NCBI GenBank assembly: GCA_902386385.1 | Contig: CABMIU010000013.1 | Span: 1,667-65,666, forward strand | Origin: an uncultured archaeon | GTDB lineage: Archaea; Iainarchaeota; Iainarchaeia; Iainarchaeales; Iainarchaeaceae | Direction: 5' to 3' | Length of the DNA: 64,000 nt | Part shown: positions 57,534-64,000 of the stretch, piece by piece | Layout: the number at the start of each line of letters is the position of its first letter | Position numbering within the stretch: position 1 is the stretch's first letter | Notes under the pieces: generated by a model | What the model saw: the letters and a program-made list of their open reading frames with translations, nothing else | Told to the model about the DNA's origin: nothing | Databases searched by the model: none | Made by a program: the position numbers and the translations under genes

Positions 57534-59208
57534 AAACCTCGAAAATATTGAAAGGGACCTTTCGGACCTCGGGGAAAAATGCGGGGCAAAAAAATATTAT
57601 TCCGGGGCAGCGAGGAAATCATTCGCGGTTTTTTTCGGGGCATGGCTCCTGTGGCTGCTTTTTGCGGACGGCATTATCGAGGGCGCCCTGGTCTCGATTG
57701 CTGCCGCGGCAGCGGCAATGGCCCTGCTAATCTCTCTTCCGGGGATGAAGCTGAAAGCGAGGGCGGGAAGGATTGAGAAGCACCTCCCGTTTGCGCTCAT
57801 GCAGCTGAACGCGGAGCTTGACGCAGGGGTAGATTTCGAGAGGGCCTTGCTCGGGGTTTCAGGCAGCCACGGGGAGTTTCCGGATGGAATAAAAAAGTGC
57901 ATTGAGGATTCGCGGCTGTGCAAAATGCCTTTGCAGGATTGCCTCCTGAGGTTCGCAGGGCGGAACAGGTCATTGCAGCTGAAAAGGGCCGTGAGCCAGC
58001 TAATTTCAGTTTACGAGCAGGGCCATTAGAACAACGGGGAACTGAGGGCCCTTTCGCTCAGCATGCTAGCGAGGCAGAAGGCCGAGGCAAAGGAATTCTC
58101 CGCAAAGGCCGCGACGATTTCGGTCGCCTTTGTCGCGGTTTCTGCTGTTGCTCCTGCAATGTTCCAGGCGTACATCGTGGTTGGGAGCGCTTTCATGGAA
58201 ATGCAATTCACTCCGTTGCAGGGCCTGGCAATAACCTGCGTTGCGTTTCCGGTTGCGGACATTGCAATGCTTTCCGCGATATGGGCCATTACCCCTGAAC
58301 ACCTGAAGGGATGAGGGTATATGCTGGAATTTATTTTCTGGAAGGAGCCGGGCATTAAAAGGCTGGCTGTTGCTTCGACTGCCCTGGCCCTGTTTTTTTC
58401 AATGTCGGGGATTTTGGCCGGAAGCGAACTTCTAATCGTGCTTTCAATCCCTGCATTCGCCGTGCCTTTTGCGCTCACCCATTTTTACGGCCTTTACCTC
58501 TCGCAGAGGAGAAAAATGGAAATCGGTTCCTCGGTTCCAGAAGCGCTGCTGCTCGCATCCTCTATGGCCCAGGGAACAAGCCCTGAAAATGCCGCGGATT
58601 TCATAGCATGCAACTCAGGAGGCCCGGTTTCAGCGGAGTTCGCAAAAGCGAGGGATGAAATGCTGGCCGGAATGCCGCCCGAAGAGGCCTTTTCAAGGAT
58701 GGCTGAAAGGAGCGGCTCGGGGCAGATGAAACGTGCGGCAGGACTGATGATTTCTGGCATCGAATCCGGGGCTGAAATGTCTGCTGCTTTCAGGGAAGCG
58801 GCGGAGGACATCGCGGAAACAAATGCCATAAGCATGGAGCGCGCGGCCGCGACAGCGATGCAGAAGTACACCGTGCTCCTCGGCGGCGCAATCCTTGTGC
58901 CTTTCATTCTCGGAAAGCTTGCTTCGCTCACCGGGAATTTTTCTGCGGCAGGGCTTGGGGTGGACGGCGCCAAAGGTGCGTTTGGGGACATTGGACTTGG
59001 AATGATTGGGAATGCTTCCGAAGCCGCGAGGCGCGGCCTCATGGAAGCAGCGGGCATCGGAAATATAATTTACATTGCGGAGTTCGCGGTGATTGCTTCT
59101 GTTTTCGCCGCGATGCAGGAGGGGATTCCGCGCAAGGCGGTCGTGTACGCGGTTGCCCTGCTGCCAATCGGCCTCGGAGTTTACTTTGCAGCGAAAGGCG
59201 GGGTATAG
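57502..59208 (+). pseudogene. FlaJ/TadC-like membrane platform protein (two T2SSF domains, about 569 codons) interrupted by two in-frame stops (TAG 58027-58029, TGA 58312-58314)
   Basis: All three ORF fragments (57502-58029, 58063-58314, 58321-59208) are in the same frame. T2SSF-like segments (KHLPFALMQLNAELDAGVDFERAL; SSVPEALLLASSMAQGTSPENAA) and TM helices are spread over the fragments. The 5' end overlaps the ATPase gene by 32 nt. Confidence 0.5.
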
Positions 59209-59348
59209 GTAAAAAGGCCTTCAGGGCGCTCCGCCGAGGAAAAACACTTTCTAAAAAGCCCATGAAGCCGATGAAGCCGGAAAAGTATTTAAACCACTTA
59301 CGGCCTTGAATAAGCATCGCATTGAAAATGGGTTTTTGAGGGGAAAAA

Positions 59349-60086
59349 ATGATTGCTGAAGTCAATTTTGTCGAATACGGAAAACAGGACCTGAAAGGCT
59401 ATACCCTGATTGAGGGCTATCCCGGAATGGGGCTAGTGGGCACAATAGCCGCAAAATACCTTGTAGAGAAGCTAAAGTTCGAGGAGATAGGATACATTGA
59501 TTCAAACATTTTCGCGCCGGTGATAAGGATTCACGCCGGAATGCCGGTAAGGCCAGCCAGGGTTTATGCTGACAAGGCCTCAAAGGTAGCGGTTCTGATT
59601 TCAGAGCAAGTGATTCCGAGGCACTTTTCGCACCTTGTTGCAAAGAAAACTGTCGAGTGGATTGAGTCAAAGGGCATAAAGGAGCTTGTTTCACTTTCAG
59701 GGGTGCAATCCTCCGGGGACAAGAGCCAGATGGTTTTCGGGATTGCCGCGAACGAGGCTTCGCGGGAGCTGCTGAAGAGATACTCCCTCAGGGAAATACC
59801 TGAAGGCATCACGACAGGCGTTACCGCGCTCATTCTCCTTGGATTGAGGAACTCGAAGGTAATGGCGATTTCAATGCTCGCAAATGTGCAATTGTCTGCG
59901 GATTACAAGGCTACTGCAGAGGTCCTGAAGAAGCTGAATGAAATGCTTGGCCTAAACCTCAATGTCGAGCCATTGCTCGAAGAGGCGAAGCAGATGGAGA
60001 AGCAATTGCTAGAGCAGCTGCAGAAGCTCAAGGACACGAAGGACAACGCCGAGAACTTCGAGCACAGGACGCCGCTGGTGACATGA
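59349..60086 (+). CDS. PAC2-family proteasome assembly chaperone-like protein
   Basis: The motif LIEGYPGMGLVGTIAAKYL is present. Confidence 0.6.
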   Translation: MIAEVNFVEYGKQDLKGYTLIEGYPGMGLVGTIAAKYLVEKLKFEEIGYIDSNIFAPVIRIHAGMPVRPARVYADKASKVAVLISEQVIPRHFSHLVAKKTVEWIESKGIKELVSLSGVQSSGDKSQMVFGIAANEASRELLKRYSLREIPEGITTGVTALILLGLRNSKVMAISMLANVQLSADYKATAEVLKKLNEMLGLNLNVEPLLEEAKQMEKQLLEQLQKLKDTKDNAENFEHRTPLVT

Positions 60087-60208
60087 CAATTCATGAATCC
60101 TTGCATAACACCCCAAGGACAAATATGTCTTGACGTCATTAAGGGCGGGGCACTGGGCATTTGTGTCGTTGCGGCGTCAAGTTATTAAATTCAAATATTG
60201 TAGTTGTA

Positions 60209-61075
60209 TGCATGAACAGGGCTTGGCTCGCAGTGCCTATCCTCCTTGTCGCTGCGCTCGGAATAGCGGTTTTCCTCGGCCAGCCGAAGCAGAGCAGCGT
60301 TCAGCTCCCTGATTCGGGATATGTTGACGTTAACGGCGACCAGTACTCTGCCCAGGAATATATGCAAACCCCTGAAGACGCCCTCAGGTCTGCGGTGCAG
60401 GGCCTGCCCTCGGATTTCGTTTATCCGGTGAAAATCAGCGACTGCGATTCCTACGCTGACCGGTATGCAAGGGAAAGGTGCCTTGTCCTCTACACGCAGC
60501 GCAGCGGGGACCCTAAAGGCTGCGAACCCATACAGGGCATCGAATCAAAGGACGCGTGCTACTTCGATGCGGCGGTGGATTCGAAAAAGCCGGCCCTGTG
60601 CGAAAACATAACCTACGGGAAGCAGGAGTGCTACATGCAGGCTGCGATTGAGACAAAGGACGCAACAACATGCGCCAAGGCCGCGGCGAACATCAAGGGC
60701 TGCGAAAACGCGGTTGATGCAGGCGACGTGGCAAAGTGCCCCCTTGGCGACGACCAGCAGTTCTGCGGCGATGCAGTGCTCGCAAAGGACAAGTCATTGT
60801 GCCGGCAGATGAGGTCGTATGACGAGGCTTGCTACCTCCAGATTGCGGTTGACACGAACAATTCCTCGCTCTGCAACAGGACAGGCACTTCGCAGGACCA
60901 CTGCTTCTTCAAGGTCGCGAACAGCGTGAACAACCCCGCGATATGCGAATCCATAGGCGAAACTGCCGTGCGTGACAACTGCGTCGCCTGGGTGGCGTTC
61001 AACACCGGCAACACGCAGCTCTGCTACCAGGCGGGTTCGGAAGCGCAGAGCTGCCTCGATGACCTGAGCGGATAG
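60209..61075 (+). CDS. Secreted/membrane-anchored Cys-rich tandem-repeat protein
   Basis: An N-terminal hydrophobic signal/anchor (AWLAVPILLVAALGIAVFL) precedes five or more tandem repeats of about 20 aa, each with 2 Cys (C[YFV]xxxAxxxxxxxxxC). Confidence 0.5.
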   Translation, partial: CMNRAWLAVPILLVAALGIAVFLGQPKQSSVQLPDSGYVDVNGDQYSAQEYMQTPEDALRSAVQGLPSDFVYPVKISDCDSYADRYARERCLVLYTQRSGDPKGCEPIQGIESKDACYFDAAVDSKKPALCENITYGKQECYMQAAIETKDATTCAKAAANIKGCENAVDAGDVAKCPLGDDQQFCGDAVLAKDKSLCRQMRSYDEACYLQIAVDTNNSSLCNRTGTSQDHCFFKVANSVNNPAICESIGETAVRDNCVAWVAFNTGNTQLCYQAGSEAQSCLDDLSG

Positions 61076-61145
61076 GGGAACGCATTTCCCTGACAGTGGA
61101 ACTTACTGGCAGCTCTAGGGTTTTGAATCAGGTTGGCTGGCAGCC

Positions 61146-61946
61146 TTGCGCAACCCCAGCCGAAGATTTTTATACTCCGCAGGCAATCATATTTGCATGT
61201 CAGGACATGGCGGAGGCAGGGGACCGAGGACGACCTTTGGCAATATGTGGGGCGAATTCGCAAATGACTTCGGGCCGCAGAAGATGTTGCACGGCATATT
61301 GAGGGAGCATGGGCCGATAGGCCAGCCTCTAAGGCTTGCCGAGAAATGGATTAACCCTTTTGGCTTGGCAAACATTGCCCTCAACGCGAGGAAAAAGGCC
61401 AATTTGCTAAAGCAGTTTGCACGCCAGAACGAGGCGGCCCACAGAATTGGCCCTGACGCGAGGATTCTTGCGGCTGCGGCAGGAAGGCTTCCGGAGTCAA
61501 GGTTCTTCCATGCGTACGAGCACACGCCGCCCATACAAAGCATGTATGTTGCAGCCCGTTACCAGTCTGAAGCGGCAAACGCCCTAATCAGGAAATACAG
61601 GGCGGACGAAAAGAAAGCAAAGGCGGAAGGCAGGGAAATGCCGAAAACACGGCTTAGCGCCGAACACCTCGGCTTCCTGAAGCATTACGCCGAAGAAAGG
61701 GCGAATTTTATATCAGAATTCGCGGCGCTTGACGCGATGATGAAAAAAGCCGCAATGGAAGGGAACACAAAGCTAATGAAACAAGCATCATCCGAATACA
61801 AAGCGCTTGCTGAAAAGGCACGCGGATTCGCCGAATTCGAGCGAAAGCACAAAGCGTCGCTTTTGCAGCTCGAAAAGGAATGGGCCAAAATCGGGAACGA
61901 AGAGCTTGATGCATTGAAGTTTACTTCAGGAACGCCTAAAGTGTAG
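61146..61946 (+). CDS. Hypothetical protein (Lys/Ala-rich helical C-terminus)
   Basis: It is an ORF only with an uncertain start. Confidence 0.3.
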   Translation: MRNPSRRFLYSAGNHICMSGHGGGRGPRTTFGNMWGEFANDFGPQKMLHGILREHGPIGQPLRLAEKWINPFGLANIALNARKKANLLKQFARQNEAAHRIGPDARILAAAAGRLPESRFFHAYEHTPPIQSMYVAARYQSEAANALIRKYRADEKKAKAEGREMPKTRLSAEHLGFLKHYAEERANFISEFAALDAMMKKAAMEGNTKLMKQASSEYKALAEKARGFAEFERKHKASLLQLEKEWAKIGNEELDALKFTSGTPKV

Positions 61947-61952
61947 CGTTGC

Positions 61953-62702
61953 CTATTTCGCAGTATTATTTCCTGGACCGCTTTTCGGGACCCATTTCCT
62001 TCTCTGCACGAATGCAAAGGACACCACGAGCATTGCCACGAACAATGCAACAGCAACCGGGTTCTCAGGCAGCGAGGGCAGGTTAAGGAGGTTGTTGTCG
62101 TCCTTGTTCCCGACATTGAGGTTAAGCACATTGCCCTGCGCGCTCGCGCTCGCATCCCCGCCCGGCCCTACCTTTGCGGCGAGGCCTTCCCTGAATGCCT
62201 CCGCGAGTGGCAGGAGGTTGGCGTTCTCCGCGAACCACAGGCCTTTCTCGGGGTCATAATAGAACGCGCCGTTCTTACCCTGCGCGGAAGTGAGGAGTTC
62301 CGGCTTGTTGCCATCGAGCTGAACAAATGGCGCACCATCCTTCTCCGAGAATTTTATCTCATGCTGCTTGCCATCCTCGGTCGTTATCTTCAGCCCTTCG
62401 GGTGTCGGAGTTATCGTGCCGACATAGTCCTCAACCTTCCCTGTTTCCTTGTCAACCACGCGCAGATGGTCCTTGCATTCCCCCGTAACCGGGTCTGGCT
62501 CGGATGAAATGACATAACGCTTTGTCGGGGTCTCGAACACCGAGAATGGGCCTTGGTGATTCAATGCTGTGTTGAATGTTTCCACTTTCTTTGCCTGGAA
62601 GTCGGAGGAAAGGTTGGGTATCACCGAAAAATTGAGGGCCGGGTCCGGGCAGCCGGTTTCGCTGTTCGGAGTCCTATCCATTGTCGTCTTGAGGCCGTTC
62701 AC
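61953..62702 (-). CDS. C-terminal portion of a surface protein with a C-terminal TM anchor and basic tail (sorting-signal-like); same frame as the upstream ORF across a single TAG
   Basis: The C-terminus is LPSLPENPVAVALFVAMLVVSFAFVQRRKW. There is no N-terminal signal of its own and no in-frame ATG at the annotated start (GTG). Confidence 0.45.
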   Translation of the reverse strand: MNGLKTTMDRTPNSETGCPDPALNFSVIPNLSSDFQAKKVETFNTALNHQGPFSVFETPTKRYVISSEPDPVTGECKDHLRVVDKETGKVEDYVGTITPTPEGLKITTEDGKQHEIKFSEKDGAPFVQLDGNKPELLTSAQGKNGAFYYDPEKGLWFAENANLLPLAEAFREGLAAKVGPGGDASASAQGNVLNLNVGNKDDNNLLNLPSLPENPVAVALFVAMLVVSFAFVQRRKWVPKSGPGNNTAK

Positions 62703-62705
62703 GAG

Positions 62706-64000
62706 CTACTTCGGCAATATCCCGCCTTCGTGGTGCCTGAGCCAGACAAGGAAGCAGCCATCCGGCTTCACTACAATCACGCCGTTCGCGAACTGTATGC
62801 TCTCAAGCCTGCCTATCGAGTTCTGGCCGTCATTTGAGCTCGAGAGCTCTACACTCTTGTTCGCGAAAACAGTTATTGCCTGGTTCCTGCCAGTGGCGAT
62901 TTTCCTCGGGACACCTTCTGCGATAATGCGGTCGTCAAGCGCCTTCACGTTCGGGTGCGTTGATGTGACAACCGAATCCAGCTTCCCGAATGCGTCATTC
63001 AGCTTTGAGGATTCCAGTGGAAGGCCGGTCTGGGCCATTACTCCCTCGCGGATGCAGTTCAGCAGATTTGAGTTGAGCACTACGACATCGCCCTGGGCGC
63101 TGATTTCAATCGCCTTGTCGGAGCCGTTGTTCACTTCGAGGCATGCCTGCGAGACAAGGTGAGGGATTTCCACGGCGGGAACATTGAGGTTTGTGGATGC
63201 CAACCTGACATTGTCGGGCTTGTTTATTATTTCCTTTCCGTCCACGGTCACGATTCCCTTTCCGAAGTCGAGACCGACTTCAACGCCATTTACGCCTTTG
63301 AGGGTTTCCCCGCCCTGTGTGCGGTAGCCCGCTGCATTGATTTCACAGCCCTTGCCGCACCAGAAGTAAAACAGGTCTCTTGTGGAGAGCTGGCCTGAAC
63401 TCTGGCCCTCGAAATTCAGGGTTGCCTGCACAATGTCGTTGTTCTTCGAGTCATCGACAAACTTGTCGAGCTCCGTGCCAATCTTGTCCTTGGCTTCCTG
63501 CACAAAGCTCCCTGAATCCGCGTTGAACTGGTCAAAGAGCTTTTCCTTCGCGTCCTTCACGAGTTTCTGCACTTTCTCGGTCGATTTCTCCGAGGTGGTT
63601 GCCTGCTTGTCCTTTACTTCCTTTACCGGGACAAAGTAATGCACGTAGTAGCCTTCCTCCGTGTCAATGCAGTCATGGAGCTGCGGGGCGATTGAAAGCT
63701 GGATTGCCGCACTAGCGAATATTCCGGGCCAGAGGAAAACCGCATAGCTCACTGATTCGAATGCGGCGAGCGTTCCGCCAATCCTTCCGCCTTTTGTGAG
63801 CGCGGTGGGCAGGTTCTTGCCGATGTTTATGCCATAAAAATTAAGTTCCTGCACTGCCTGCGTGCAGGATTTCAGGCCGTTCTTGCCGTTTATTGCATCG
63901 ACCAAATCTATTTTGGTGCCTTCGTTGGTGCCGCTCTTTCCCTCGAGGTTCGTGCGTCCGGCGTATGCTATTATTGTCTGGCCCTTTTCCTTTGCAGTGT
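62706..64000 (-). CDS. Large secreted/surface protein, N-terminal part (continues beyond window end); terminated by the in-frame TAG at 62706-62708
   Basis: The ORF is open through position 64000 with no stops upstream of the annotated TTG. The protein is Gly/Asn/Val-rich and appears extracellular. Confidence 0.45.
   Translation of the reverse strand, partial: TAKEKGQTIIAYAGRTNLEGKSGTNEGTKIDLVDAINGKNGLKSCTQAVQELNFYGINIGKNLPTALTKGGRIGGTLAAFESVSYAVFLWPGIFASAAIQLSIAPQLHDCIDTEEGYYVHYFVPVKEVKDKQATTSEKSTEKVQKLVKDAKEKLFDQFNADSGSFVQEAKDKIGTELDKFVDDSKNNDIVQATLNFEGQSSGQLSTRDLFYFWCGKGCEINAAGYRTQGGETLKGVNGVEVGLDFGKGIVTVDGKEIINKPDNVRLASTNLNVPAVEIPHLVSQACLEVNNGSDKAIEISAQGDVVVLNSNLLNCIREGVMAQTGLPLESSKLNDAFGKLDSVVTSTHPNVKALDDRIIAEGVPRKIATGRNQAITVFANKSVELSSSNDGQNSIGRLESIQFANGVIVVKPDGCFLVWLRHHEGGILPK

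Noticed and set aside
58027-62708. The hypothesis that TAG/TGA are recoded (pyrrolysine or sense) to explain the two interrupted genes
   Set aside because: TAG terminates about 10 well-formed genes in this window (e.g. 28852, 29710, 35277, 54070, 55108) and TGA terminates most of the others, all with plausible protein lengths. A pseudogene or sequencing error is more parsimonious.
1-64000. CRISPR arrays, rRNA genes, transposases or integrases
   Set aside because: No short regularly spaced repeats, no rRNA-like conserved stretches, and no DDE/tyrosine-recombinase motifs were seen. The only nuclease is a small HNH protein.

Overview
This window reads as an archaeal chromosome segment. The archaeal signals are a tRNA-Gln with a 39-nt intron, BRE/TATA-like promoters about 25-35 nt upstream of start codons, a FlaI/FlaJ-type pilus/archaellum ATPase with its membrane platform, a PAC2 proteasome-assembly chaperone, a geranylgeranyl reductase and DUF5678. 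GC is about 52-55% with local dips, and TAG, TGA and TAA are all used as ordinary stops.

Positions 1 to ~48,300 form one densely packed cell-surface glycosylation island of about 45 genes. It contains about 15 glycosyltransferases of several fold classes (six GT2 including three Dol-P-sugar-synthase-like, five GT4, one Alg13-like GT28 C-terminal subunit, one TagF/KpsS-like GT-B, and two or three polytopic GT-C/PMT_2-like enzymes), two UPF0104/LPG-synthase-TM 'flippase-like' proteins and a Wzx flippase.

Four nucleotide-sugar routes are encoded: RmlA+RmlB (dTDP-6-deoxyhexose), Ugd+UXS (UDP-GlcA/UDP-Xyl), Gmd+Fcl (GDP-fucose), and a nonulosonic-acid operon (cytidylyltransferase, DegT aminotransferase, radical-SAM/SPASM enzyme, NeuB-like synthase) with a KdsC-like phosphatase nearby. 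The island also holds five SAM methyltransferases, two B12-binding radical SAM enzymes, another radical SAM on a low-GC segment flanked by 13-bp direct repeats, and an MTA/SAH-nucleosidase fused to adenine phosphoribosyltransferase.

Downstream of the island lie a probable glycoprotein surface protein, a GGR-family reductase, a Na+/H+ antiporter fused to a GNAT domain, and a small lower-GC islet (wHTH regulator, DUF5678 plus retropepsin-like protease, HNH nuclease) abutting the tRNA-Gln. After that come a FlaI-like ATPase followed by a FlaJ/TadC-like gene broken by two in-frame stops, a PAC2 chaperone, a secreted Cys-rich tandem-repeat protein, and a large minus-strand surface protein broken by an in-frame TAG and running off the window end.

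No CRISPR array, rRNA or clear transposase was seen.
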